Shown here piece after piece: positions 44,984-54,723 of a stretch of 58,777 nucleotides of DNA (position 1 is its first letter; the number at the start of each line of letters is the position of its first letter). The position numbers and the translations under genes were made by a program. The DNA is from Candidatus Cloacimonadota bacterium (GTDB lineage Bacteria > Cloacimonadota > Cloacimonadia > Cloacimonadales > JAFGVF01). The notes beneath the pieces are model-generated. The model was not told where the DNA came from. It was given only the letters and a program-made list of their open reading frames with translations, and did not search any database. The stretch spans positions 1-58,777 of the forward strand of contig JAEKNW010000194.1 of assembly GCA_016838885.1 (NCBI GenBank). Reading direction: 5' to 3'.

Positions 44984-46459
44984 ATGAAAAGAATTCTTCT
45001 ATTTCTCTTGATTATCGGAGTCATGACTCTCTCAAGTATTGAGTTTGAGAAGTTGGGCGACCAAATCAAAGAGATCAAACTGGATAACGGAGCAAAATTG
45101 CTTCTTTTACAAGACGATTCAGCACCTATTGTTCATTGCATTACTGTAGCAAATGTTGGTGGAGTTGATGAAGTGCCGGGGATTACAGGTATTTCTCATT
45201 TCTTAGAACATTTAGCTTTTAAAGGTTCTACAACTATTGGGACTAGTGACTATGAAGCTGAAAAACTGATATTAGACCAAGAAGATGCAGTCTTTGATAA
45301 GCTTTTGAAAGCAAAAAATGAAGGTAACCTAGAATTAGTAGCAGAGTATGAAGCTGAGTTAGAAAGATTAGGTATAGAATCTTCAAAATATGTTGTTAAT
45401 AATGAGTTTAGCAAAATTTATACTCAAAATGGTGGAAGAAACTTCAATGCAGGTACCTCAAAAGATTTCACAATGTATCAAATTAGCCTTCCTTCCAACA
45501 AATTAGAGTTATGGTTCGCCATGGAAGCAGATAGATTCACCCAACCTGTCTTCCGTGAATTTTATAAAGAGAGACAAGTCATCCTTGATGAAAGATTAAT
45601 GAGAGAAGTTAATAGTCCTCAAGGAAGACTTATGAAAGAGATGATGTCAACAGCCTATAAGGTTCACCCTTATAAATTCACTACCATTGGTGAAAAAGAA
45701 GATATTGAAAATATTACCAGACAAGATGTTAAAGATTACTTTAATAAATACTATGGAGCTCAAAACCTTACTTTTGTACTTTATGGCGACATTGATGAAA
45801 ACCAAGCAAAAACATTTGCTAAGAAATATCTCTCTACTATTCCAGCAAGAGAAAAATCAAGTCTTATTACTGAAAAAGAACCAAAACAAACTGAAGAAAG
45901 AAGATTCACTGTAGATTATGAAGCTTCTCCAATGGTAATGATAAGCTATCATGTTCCATCAGCTAAGCATCATGATAATGAAGCAATTGAAGCTTTAGCC
46001 TTAATCTTTGGTCAGAATGAAATTTCACCACTCATTAAAACTATGGTATATGATAAAAAATTAGCCCTTTATGCATATTCTTTTTCAGGCTTACCCGGTT
46101 CAAAGTATGATAATCTTTTCAGTATAATGTTTGCTCCAAATAGTGGTGTAGATGTTGATGAATGTATAAGTGAAGTTGATTTGATAATCGCAGAATTTTT
46201 AAGAAAAGGCATCTCCGACCAGGAATTAGAATCATACCGCAAGCAATCGAAGAAAAACTATCTATCAAGATTGGATACAGGTATATATTTGCCATTACAA
46301 ATTGGTATTACTGAATACATTACTGGTGATTATAAAGATTTCTTCTCTACATTGGACAAGATTGATTCTCTAAAAAAGAAAGATATTGTTGATGTTGCTA
46401 GCAAGTATTTAATTCCCACAAATCGTACAATTGGTATTTTAGAAAAGGCAGGTGAATAA
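44984..46459 (+). CDS. M16 family zinc peptidase (active subunit)
   Basis: It has a signal peptide and the inverted zinc motif HFLEH. Confidence 0.85.
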   Translation: MKRILLFLLIIGVMTLSSIEFEKLGDQIKEIKLDNGAKLLLLQDDSAPIVHCITVANVGGVDEVPGITGISHFLEHLAFKGSTTIGTSDYEAEKLILDQEDAVFDKLLKAKNEGNLELVAEYEAELERLGIESSKYVVNNEFSKIYTQNGGRNFNAGTSKDFTMYQISLPSNKLELWFAMEADRFTQPVFREFYKERQVILDERLMREVNSPQGRLMKEMMSTAYKVHPYKFTTIGEKEDIENITRQDVKDYFNKYYGAQNLTFVLYGDIDENQAKTFAKKYLSTIPAREKSSLITEKEPKQTEERRFTVDYEASPMVMISYHVPSAKHHDNEAIEALALIFGQNEISPLIKTMVYDKKLALYAYSFSGLPGSKYDNLFSIMFAPNSGVDVDECISEVDLIIAEFLRKGISDQELESYRKQSKKNYLSRLDTGIYLPLQIGITEYITGDYKDFFSTLDKIDSLKKKDIVDVASKYLIPTNRTIGILEKAGE

Positions 46460-46461
46460 TT

Positions 46462-48552
46462 ATGAAAAAGATTATCTTAATATTAATGATTACTACTCTC
46501 TTGTTAGTAGGTTGTTCTTCCCATAAATTGAGACCTGTTGATAAACTAAAGTATCCTGCCCTTAACGAAATTAAAGTACCTGAAGTTGTTACTGATACTT
46601 TAAGTAACGGTATGAAAGTATATTTCTTAGTTGATAACAGACTCCCTATTATCAGATTGCAAGCCCAAGCTCATAGTGGTGGAGTTACTGACCCAATAGA
46701 CAAAATAGGCCTTGCAGAACTTGCAGCTTCTGCAATAACCTCAAGTTCAGAGAAATATCCAGCCGAAGATTTAAAACAAATCCTAACCGATAATGCTATA
46801 TCCCTAGGTGGTTATGCTTCTTCTACAAATGCTATAATATATTTAAGTTCTTTGATTGAAGACAAAGACTTAGCAATGTCCATATTCTCTGATGTCTTAA
46901 AAAATCCAACTTTTGATGAAGAGGAATTTGAAACCTCAAAGACCAGAACTATTTCCAGCATCTATCGCAGAAACGATGAAGCTTCATCTATTGCTTTCAG
47001 AGAGTTTCAGAAAATTATTTTTGGTGCAGATTATCCAAAGAATTATCAGAGTGAAATATACACTATTAATAATATTACCCGTGATGATTTACGTAATTTC
47101 TATTCCGAATACTTTTATCCAAATAATCTTACTTTAACTGTTCACGGTGACTTCGAGATTGAAACTATGAAAAATGAATTAGAATATTATTTCAATACTT
47201 GGTACTCACCCCTAGAATATAAAAAAATCTCTATTCCTGAGCCAAAAACAGATTCAAAAACTAACGTATTCGTTGTTGATAAGCAAGATGCTTCTCAAAC
47301 TTGGGTTTTAATCGGACATCGTTCAAACCTTTTATTTAGTGATGATGATTATCCTGCAATGCAGTTATTGAATGAAATTCTTGGTGGTGGAATGACTAGT
47401 AGAGTCTATAAGTCTGTAAGAGTCGAAAAAGGCCTATCTTATACCCCGGGAGCTTACTTCGCCGCAACATATAAAGATCCGGGGTTATTGTATTTAATGG
47501 CTCCTACTGCTACTGAAAATACTATCCTTGCTGCTCAAGCTCTTGTTGAAGAGCTTAGATTAATAACTAATGAAAAAGTAACTAAAGAAGAATTACAGTA
47601 TGCTAAGGACTCATATTTTAACTCTTTTGTTTTTAAATATGAAAAACCTGAATATACACTAAATTCTATCAAAACTTATGATTATTATGGATATGACAGG
47701 AATTTTGCTAATATTCTCAAAGATAAAATAGAAAAAGTAACTATTGATGATGTCTATCGTGTTGCTCAAAAATACTTAAAACCTGACGACTTAATTTATC
47801 TTTTTGTCGGTAACAAAGATGAGTTTATCGATGATATTTCAGTTTTAGGTGAGGTTGAAAATTTAGATATTACTATTAAAGAGACAGCAGAGGGTGAAGT
47901 TCTTGATTACCAAAAAGGGAAAGAAATCTTCTCCAAGTTCTTAAATCAAGTAAAAAGTAAAACTCCTATTACTTCCTTGGTAGCTACAAGTACCATTACT
48001 CAGACATCTCCAATGGGGGATTTAGCTTTAGAGAAAACAACTAACATTATCTTCCCTAACATGATTAATGATAAAATTGAAACTCCAATGGGGGCAATGT
48101 CCACTATCATTAACAAAGATAAGGGTACTCAAAAGATGTCCGGACAAAGTATGCCTTTACCTGCAGAGCAATTGACCCAAATGATTGATCAGATTTATTT
48201 ATCATATTTTGGCTGGCTTTATGATCCTTCAAAACTAAGTATTGGCTATCTTCAAGACGAAATAGTTAATGATGTAGACTATCAAGTTGTTAAAATTCAA
48301 TATAAAGATTCAAGTATGAAATTATGGTTTGATAAAGCAAGCGGTTTACCGAGTATAGCAAGTGAAACTATGGATTCACCACAAGGAGCTATGATTATAA
48401 AAAGTACATTCTCTAACTATCAATTGAATGATTCTGTACTCTGCCCAATGACTATTGAAATGACCTTGCCTAATGGTACTTTGATAAATTCAACAACTTA
48501 TAAATCAATTAAATTTAATGTTGAGATTTCTGAAGATAAATTTGATTTCTAA
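46462..48552 (+). CDS. M16 family peptidase-like lipoprotein lacking HxxEH, with a C-terminal LolA-like extension
   Basis: Lipobox LLVGCS. M16 N and C domains are present without a zinc motif. An extra tail of about 220 aa ends in ..KFNVEISEDKFDF. Confidence 0.7.
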   Translation: MKKIILILMITTLLLVGCSSHKLRPVDKLKYPALNEIKVPEVVTDTLSNGMKVYFLVDNRLPIIRLQAQAHSGGVTDPIDKIGLAELAASAITSSSEKYPAEDLKQILTDNAISLGGYASSTNAIIYLSSLIEDKDLAMSIFSDVLKNPTFDEEEFETSKTRTISSIYRRNDEASSIAFREFQKIIFGADYPKNYQSEIYTINNITRDDLRNFYSEYFYPNNLTLTVHGDFEIETMKNELEYYFNTWYSPLEYKKISIPEPKTDSKTNVFVVDKQDASQTWVLIGHRSNLLFSDDDYPAMQLLNEILGGGMTSRVYKSVRVEKGLSYTPGAYFAATYKDPGLLYLMAPTATENTILAAQALVEELRLITNEKVTKEELQYAKDSYFNSFVFKYEKPEYTLNSIKTYDYYGYDRNFANILKDKIEKVTIDDVYRVAQKYLKPDDLIYLFVGNKDEFIDDISVLGEVENLDITIKETAEGEVLDYQKGKEIFSKFLNQVKSKTPITSLVATSTITQTSPMGDLALEKTTNIIFPNMINDKIETPMGAMSTIINKDKGTQKMSGQSMPLPAEQLTQMIDQIYLSYFGWLYDPSKLSIGYLQDEIVNDVDYQVVKIQYKDSSMKLWFDKASGLPSIASETMDSPQGAMIIKSTFSNYQLNDSVLCPMTIEMTLPNGTLINSTTYKSIKFNVEISEDKFDF

Positions 48553-48567
48553 AATATCATAAAAAAT

Positions 48568-48606
48568 AAAAGAGAGAGAGACTGATATGTTTCTCTCTTT
48601 TTTTGC
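48568..48606. terminator. Bidirectional terminator between the M16 pair and the convergent minus-strand operon
   Basis: AAAGAGAGA, a loop, TCTCTCTTT, then a T-run, with an A-run on the other side. Confidence 0.6.
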
Positions 48607-48610
48607 TTTT

Positions 48611-49183
48611 CTAAATTATGAAATTGTTTACACTAATCATTATAATTTGAGATTCTGCAATAACAGATATATTTGCCGTATCCTTAGGGTTATCAATAAT
48701 AATTAGCTCTTGAGGATTTACATCTTGCTTAGTGTCCGTAATTAAAAGTTGTCCGGAGATTAGATAAATTCCACTGATTATCTGGTTTGGGGGCAGGGAT
48801 AATGTTAATTTATGATTGATACTAAGCTTTTGATAAATCAATGTACCTGTTAAATTCTTAGATGTCATAAGATTAAAATCAATCACTTTTCCTTTTGCTG
48901 AAGTATTCCAAGCTCCGTCGAAGTAATCACAATCATATTGAGACAGCATCTTAGTGTAATGACTTTCATGATGAATAACTAAATCTCCTGAGAGAATCAT
49001 CAAAGCTCGATTATAATTTGGTAAATTAGTAAATAGAGATTCTTCGACATCCACAGTAGCCGAACTAATTCTTATATCGAAGTTTCTGGCTTGGTAGGAG
49101 CTATCATGGGGATATATGAAGAGTTCAGTGGTGGTACCGCCATTCCACGTACTAGTCTTAAAACAAGAATTAGTGATTATCAT
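48611..49183 (-). CDS. HutD/Ves family protein
   Basis: 190 aa. TWNGGTTTELFIYP resembles the HutD family signature. Confidence 0.5.
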   Translation of the reverse strand: MIITNSCFKTSTWNGGTTTELFIYPHDSSYQARNFDIRISSATVDVEESLFTNLPNYNRALMILSGDLVIHHESHYTKMLSQYDCDYFDGAWNTSAKGKVIDFNLMTSKNLTGTLIYQKLSINHKLTLSLPPNQIISGIYLISGQLLITDTKQDVNPQELIIIDNPKDTANISVIAESQIIMISVNNFII

Positions 49184-49862
49184 TCTGATAGGGAATCGGG
49201 TCTTTCATACCGGCTTTTTTGAAGGCTTTTAGTCGTAGGAAACAAGAATCACAAGAACCACAAGCATAATCATTGTTTCTATAGCAGCTCCACGAGAATT
49301 GGAAAGGAGCATTCAACTTTTTCCCAATATTAATAATCTCAGCTTTTGTTTTATGAATTATAGGAGTTTTGATTTGTATCTTTGTTTCATCTTTTGTTCC
49401 TATATCAATTGCTTTATTTAAGGCCTGATAAAATGTCTCACGGCAATCAGGATAACCTGAGCTATCTTCTTCAACTGCTCCGATATAGATGCTTTGTGCT
49501 CCTATAACCTCTGCCCATGAAGTGGCAATCACTATTAAATTACCATTTCTAAAAGGTACATAGGTATCTGGTACTGACTTTGAATCATTTAGATTATGAT
49601 CTTTAATCTCTTGATTAATGTCTATTAAACTTGTACCGCCAATTTGTTTCAAGTAAGTAAGATCAACAGTTAGAGTATCTTTAGGATGATAATATTGTAC
49701 TAAGTTATCAAAACACTCCTGTTCTTTGGTTTGTGTTTTCTGTCCATAGTTTGCATGCAAAAAATAGAGCTCAGCATTTTCTTGCTTTGCAATAGCAATT
49801 GTAACCAAACTATCCATACCCCCACTTACTAAAATAATAGCTTTCTTAGTCATTAAAACCAA
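49170..49862 (-). CDS. queC: 7-cyano-7-deazaguanine synthase
   Basis: SGGMDS PP-loop and the C-terminal zinc cluster CGSCDSC. Confidence 0.9.
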   Translation of the reverse strand: MVLMTKKAIILVSGGMDSLVTIAIAKQENAELYFLHANYGQKTQTKEQECFDNLVQYYHPKDTLTVDLTYLKQIGGTSLIDINQEIKDHNLNDSKSVPDTYVPFRNGNLIVIATSWAEVIGAQSIYIGAVEEDSSGYPDCRETFYQALNKAIDIGTKDETKIQIKTPIIHKTKAEIINIGKKLNAPFQFSWSCYRNNDYACGSCDSCFLRLKAFKKAGMKDPIPYQNDNH

Positions 49863-50797
49863 TCCTCTATAACCACTTCACTTTCTATTTGCTTTTGTAT
49901 TTCTTCATCTAATTTATAAAAGAAATCAATTTTCGTTCTTTCTTCTATCATATCAATGGGAAAAGCATAGTTTTTTAATTCCCCATTGTTTTCTCCATTA
50001 GAGAAGATAAAGCCTATTCCCTTAATCTCATCTCCTGTTAAATCAGCAACTACTTTATAAAAATAATTCGGAACAGAAACACCGCTCTCCCCTATTTTGG
50101 ATTTGAACCCGTCAATGAGTAGTGGTCCGGTTGCGACATAGACTTTTTCATTCTTAACTGCCCATTGTCGGACTTGTTCTTCAAGCTCAGACCAAATCTT
50201 TCTATTCAAATCAGGATGCTGAGGAGACATATTGCTCATATAGAAACTTTGATCCATTGCCTCTTCAGACCAACGATTATCAGCCGCAGGACATAAATGA
50301 CCTCTATCATAACCACTTTTCCTATAATCTGTAGGTAAAGCTGAACTTATTGTCGCAGAGGGATCAGGCTTGAAATTATCTTTCCTTTTTGCGATTTTTT
50401 TTTCTACTTCATCTCTTGTTAACTCATAGAAAACCCAATCTGCTTGTTCATGATCTTCATTATAATCTAAGCTATAAGCTAAATGTTCTACAATACCACC
50501 ATTGCTTAAGTCAGCTGTTGGATAATAAAAAGATAACTCATTTCCATCTAATCGTGTCATTTCAATAGACTGATCTTGTTTATTTACTTCTTCGATAATG
50601 TCAGGTTCATCTTTTCTGCCAAGATAGAAAAAGATAAAGACCGCAATAATGATTATAATTAGTGAAGAGTAGCTTAGCCTTCTATTAATTTTCTTTTTAG
50701 TTTTCTTTTTAGTACTTCTTTTTTTTGTGGTTGAAGTTTTTTTACTTGGACTCTTTTTAGAACTTACATTTGCTTTATTTGTTTTTTTTGTAGCCAT
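49853..50797 (-). CDS. Membrane-anchored DNA/RNA non-specific endonuclease (NucA / Endonuclease_NS family)
   Basis: DRGHLCPAADN active-site motif. The N-terminus has a Lys/Ser/Thr-rich tail followed by one TM helix. Confidence 0.85.
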   Translation of the reverse strand: MATKKTNKANVSSKKSPSKKTSTTKKRSTKKKTKKKINRRLSYSSLIIIIIAVFIFFYLGRKDEPDIIEEVNKQDQSIEMTRLDGNELSFYYPTADLSNGGIVEHLAYSLDYNEDHEQADWVFYELTRDEVEKKIAKRKDNFKPDPSATISSALPTDYRKSGYDRGHLCPAADNRWSEEAMDQSFYMSNMSPQHPDLNRKIWSELEEQVRQWAVKNEKVYVATGPLLIDGFKSKIGESGVSVPNYFYKVVADLTGDEIKGIGFIFSNGENNGELKNYAFPIDMIEERTKIDFFYKLDEEIQKQIESEVVIEDWF

Positions 50798-50806
50798 TAA
50801 ATCCTC

Positions 50807-52090
50807 CTAATCAAAATAATAGACAGCTTCGATTGGATTCACTTTTGCTGCTTTATAAGCTGGATATAGACCAGAGATAATACCTATTAGTAAAGCAAAT
50901 CCTAACCCAACAAGCACTCCATTAAAAGGTAAAACTAAAGGTACTTTCATTGCAGTTGAAATGAGTACTACTGCTATTTTTGCTAATGAAATACCAACAA
51001 GTGAACCTATCAAAGTAAGAATAATTGCCTCAGAAAGTAGTAAAGAAAAAATATCAAATTCAGAAGCTCCTATACTTTTCCTTATTCCAATCTCATTCAT
51101 TCTTTCGTTTATCGAAATAAGCAAGGTACTAAATAATCCAATGCCACCTACAAATAATGATACTGAGGCAATTGCCATTAAAATAGTATTCCATTTATTC
51201 AACATATCGTTTAATTGCTGAGTAAACTTGAGTATCTCTTCTGATTCTGCAGCAAATTCAAAGGATTCAGTCATATCATGATTTATTAATAGTAATTGCC
51301 GTGCTCTGTTTTTGTTGTAGATAAAGCTATTAGCATTTTCAGATTTTACATAAATCTCTTGAACTTCTTGATTGGTTGAATAATATTTAACTCCGGTTGA
51401 TAGAGGAATAAATATTGATCTTAAATCCCATCGCCTTTGCCATTGATTGAAATCAAACTCATTTACCTCACCCTTAATATCACCAACTACACCTATAACA
51501 GTATATCTATGCTGGCCTAAAGTTAGTTTAGTCCCAATTATATTGGGGTCTGAATTTAGATTACTCTCCCAAAAGTTGCTACCAATCAAGCAAACATTTG
51601 CTTCCTTTCTCTCGTCTAAGTTATTGAAGTTTCTACCTTCAAGGATTTTATAATTCTTAAAATCAAAATAATCAATATTTGTAGCTTTGACTTGAGTCCA
51701 GCGACCATATTTACTATTGTGAAGAGTAGTAGAAACCATAGCATAAATATGTTCAACATCTAATTCATTTTTTAAGGTATTGAAATCATTTAGATTAACT
51801 GGTTTTGCTTCTCTCTTAGTTTGCTTTCGAACCCACCAGCGGTTGTAATCTTTATCACTATCGCCAGATTTAGTTGTAATAGTAAAAGAATTATCCCAGC
51901 CCATATTTCCTACACTAGTGCTAATAGCAACTTTAACACCATCGACAGCAGAAAATATAGAAACTACTGCTAAGACACCGATGATTAAGCCTAATAAGGT
52001 TAAAAGAGTTCTTATCTTATGAGATAAGATGATTGTTAGGCTACTACGGATATTATTTGCTAAGAGCACTAGAATACTTCCTGACCACAC
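50807..52090 (-). CDS. MacB-like ABC transporter permease (FtsX family)
   Basis: 427 aa with an N-terminal TM, a large periplasmic domain and a C-terminal FtsX domain. The start overlaps the topA stop by 22 nt and is uncertain. Confidence 0.75.
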   Translation of the reverse strand: MWSGSILVLLANNIRSSLTIILSHKIRTLLTLLGLIIGVLAVVSIFSAVDGVKVAISTSVGNMGWDNSFTITTKSGDSDKDYNRWWVRKQTKREAKPVNLNDFNTLKNELDVEHIYAMVSTTLHNSKYGRWTQVKATNIDYFDFKNYKILEGRNFNNLDERKEANVCLIGSNFWESNLNSDPNIIGTKLTLGQHRYTVIGVVGDIKGEVNEFDFNQWQRRWDLRSIFIPLSTGVKYYSTNQEVQEIYVKSENANSFIYNKNRARQLLLINHDMTESFEFAAESEEILKFTQQLNDMLNKWNTILMAIASVSLFVGGIGLFSTLLISINERMNEIGIRKSIGASEFDIFSLLLSEAIILTLIGSLVGISLAKIAVVLISTAMKVPLVLPFNGVLVGLGFALLIGIISGLYPAYKAAKVNPIEAVYYFD

Positions 52091-54288
52091 TTAGGGCAAA
52101 CAAGATGGTTACCTTTTTCTTTTGAATATTTTTCTTCCATATAGTAATTTTGGCAGTTTGGGCATTCTACTTTAACAGGTTTATTCCATGATGAGAATTT
52201 GCATTCAGGGTAGTTAGTACAACTATAGAAAACTTTACCTTTTTTGGACTTCTTCTCTGTTATCATACCAGTCTCACAATCAGGACACTTTATCCCAAGA
52301 TCGATAGGTTTAGTAAATTTACACTTAGGATAATTTGAACAAGCAATGAATTTTCCAAATCGTCCACTCTTCATAACTAAAGGACTATCACACTTTGGAC
52401 ATTTCTCTTCTAAAGTTTCTTCTTTGACAATAACAATTTTCCCATCTTTATCACGTTTGAAATTCTTGATATCTTTGCACTCAGGATATTCTGAACAACC
52501 AAGAAACTCTCCTTGCCTTCCAGTCCTTACTATATAATGACCTTCCTTACATTTTTCGCAAGCAATATCTGTATGCTCTAAATAATTTTCTTTCTCTTTG
52601 GAAAGGTCAACTGCATCGATCATCTTTTTAAGTTCTTGATAATATTCATCTAACACTTTCTCTAAAACTGTATTTCCTTCTTCTATACTATCTAGTTTCT
52701 TTTCCATATCTGCAGTGAACAAGACGTTAAAAGTTGAATCAAATTTAGAGGTGAGAAAACTGTTAACTTTAATCCCTAACTCAGTAGGGTGAAGATACTT
52801 TTCAATTAATTCAACATATTTTCTATCTGTAATGGTCGATATAATTGAAGAATAAGTTGAAGGCCTGCCAATCTCTTTTGCTTCTAATTCTTTAATAAGC
52901 GATGCTTCAGAGTAACGTGCAGGTGGTTGAGTAAACTTTTGTTCAGAACTTATATCACTTTTCTCTAAATCATCCCCAACTTTATAAGCCTTATCAATCA
53001 ATTCTCCCATTGAAGTAGAAACATAACTATAGGCTAATGAGAATCCTTTATCAAGAATTGTAGCACCTTTAGTAACAAATTCTGCTCTTCCAACTTCAAC
53101 AAATACTTGTACATTTTCGACTTCCATAGGAATCATCTGAGTTGCAACAAAACGTCCCCAAATTAAGCTATAAACTCTATATTGTTCTGGTGAAAGATAT
53201 GCTTTAATACTATCTGGAGTTTTATTAACATCTGTAGGCCTAATGGCTTCATGGGCATCTTGAGCCTTATTCTTATTTGCGAAATTACGAACTGTAGGAT
53301 TGAGCTTTTCAGCTCCATATCTGGCTTTAATCAACTCCCTGCAACTGTCTTGAGCTTCAGTTGAGATTCTTAAAGAATCAGTTCTCATATAAGTAATAAG
53401 ACCTGATTGCTCACCAGCTATAGAAATTCCTTCATAAAGTTCCTGAGCAATCTTCATAGTTCTCTTGGGACTAAATCCGGAAATTCTTGAAGCATCTTGC
53501 TGAAGGGTTGAAGTGATATAAGGAGTAGGAGGCTGAACCTTCTTTTTACTCTTTTTGATATCTTTAAGGATTGCTTGAGCCGATTTTATATCAGCAAGAA
53601 TTTGATCAGCTTCTTCTTTGTTAGAAATTTTTGCTTTCTTACCATCAAGTTTATTTAACTCTCCTTTGAAAGGTTGGTAAGTATCTTTCCAGAAGTTTGC
53701 ATATATTTTCCAATATTCTTCAGGAATAAAAGCTGTTATCTCTTCCTCTTTTTCGCAAACAAGTCTTAAGGCTACTGATTGAACTCTTCCGGCACTAAGA
53801 TCCTTTGCGATTACTTTCCACAAAATAGGACTTACCTTATAGCCAACAATCCTATCTAACAAGCGTCTAGCTTGTTGGGCATTTACTTTATTAATATCTA
53901 TATCACCAGGATGTTTAATTGATTCAACTATTGCTTTTTTGGTTATCTCATTAAAGGTAATCCGATGTACTGGCTTACCCTTAATTTCTTTTTTTAGAAG
54001 TTCAGTAAGATGCCAAGCAATTGCTTCACCTTCGCGATCATGGTCACTAGCCAGATAAATCTCAGGAGCATCTTTTGCACTTTCTCTTAACTCTTTTATA
54101 ATTTTGGTTTTTGTTCTATCACTCACATATTTTGCAGCGTAATTATTCTCCAAATCAATACCTAAAGTTTGCTTAGGCAAATCTCTAATGTGCCCCATAG
54201 AAGCGACAATATTAAATTTGTTATCTAAGAACTTACTTATAGTTTTTGCTTTTGCAGGAGACTCTACGATTATTAAACTTTTAGACAT
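52069..54288 (-). CDS. topA: DNA topoisomerase I
   Basis: 739 aa. It has a TOPRIM start (LIIVESPAKAKTI), the active-site region ITYMRTDS and four C-terminal C4 zinc ribbons. Confidence 0.95.
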   Translation of the reverse strand: MSKSLIIVESPAKAKTISKFLDNKFNIVASMGHIRDLPKQTLGIDLENNYAAKYVSDRTKTKIIKELRESAKDAPEIYLASDHDREGEAIAWHLTELLKKEIKGKPVHRITFNEITKKAIVESIKHPGDIDINKVNAQQARRLLDRIVGYKVSPILWKVIAKDLSAGRVQSVALRLVCEKEEEITAFIPEEYWKIYANFWKDTYQPFKGELNKLDGKKAKISNKEEADQILADIKSAQAILKDIKKSKKKVQPPTPYITSTLQQDASRISGFSPKRTMKIAQELYEGISIAGEQSGLITYMRTDSLRISTEAQDSCRELIKARYGAEKLNPTVRNFANKNKAQDAHEAIRPTDVNKTPDSIKAYLSPEQYRVYSLIWGRFVATQMIPMEVENVQVFVEVGRAEFVTKGATILDKGFSLAYSYVSTSMGELIDKAYKVGDDLEKSDISSEQKFTQPPARYSEASLIKELEAKEIGRPSTYSSIISTITDRKYVELIEKYLHPTELGIKVNSFLTSKFDSTFNVLFTADMEKKLDSIEEGNTVLEKVLDEYYQELKKMIDAVDLSKEKENYLEHTDIACEKCKEGHYIVRTGRQGEFLGCSEYPECKDIKNFKRDKDGKIVIVKEETLEEKCPKCDSPLVMKSGRFGKFIACSNYPKCKFTKPIDLGIKCPDCETGMITEKKSKKGKVFYSCTNYPECKFSSWNKPVKVECPNCQNYYMEEKYSKEKGNHLVCPKCGQEVF

Positions 54289-54294
54289 ACTACC

Positions 54295-54723
54295 TCAATG
54301 TTTTATTTTATGAATGTTCATTTGATATTTATTCTCATTAATGATGGTATCTATGAACTCTTTTATATTATTTAAATTAAAATCAGAAAAATTAATCATC
54401 ATTATAATTTTATCTAATTTGCTTTTGGAAACTTGCTCTTGGGTTATGTAATATAAATGCATACAAATCTGGATTACTTTTTCAAAAGTTACTTCAGTTA
54501 AAGAACCAATTCTATACATACTAAGCATATACCCGTAGGCTTCTACCGATATGGCTTGAGATTCGATAATATCCAAATTCCGATAATAGGGTTTTATCTT
54601 GTCATCATCTTTCTCAAATATATCTATCAAAGCCTTTAATTCATCGTCACTAAGACTCTTCATAAACTCTCGTGAATGTTTCCCTGAGAGTTGTTCTTTA
54701 ATATATTCAATATCTTTTTTCAT
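54295..54723 (-). CDS. Hypothetical protein
   Basis: 142-aa ORF starting directly after the secA stop. No motif recognised. Confidence 0.55.
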   Translation of the reverse strand: MKKDIEYIKEQLSGKHSREFMKSLSDDELKALIDIFEKDDDKIKPYYRNLDIIESQAISVEAYGYMLSMYRIGSLTEVTFEKVIQICMHLYYITQEQVSKSKLDKIIMMINFSDFNLNNIKEFIDTIINENKYQMNIHKIKH

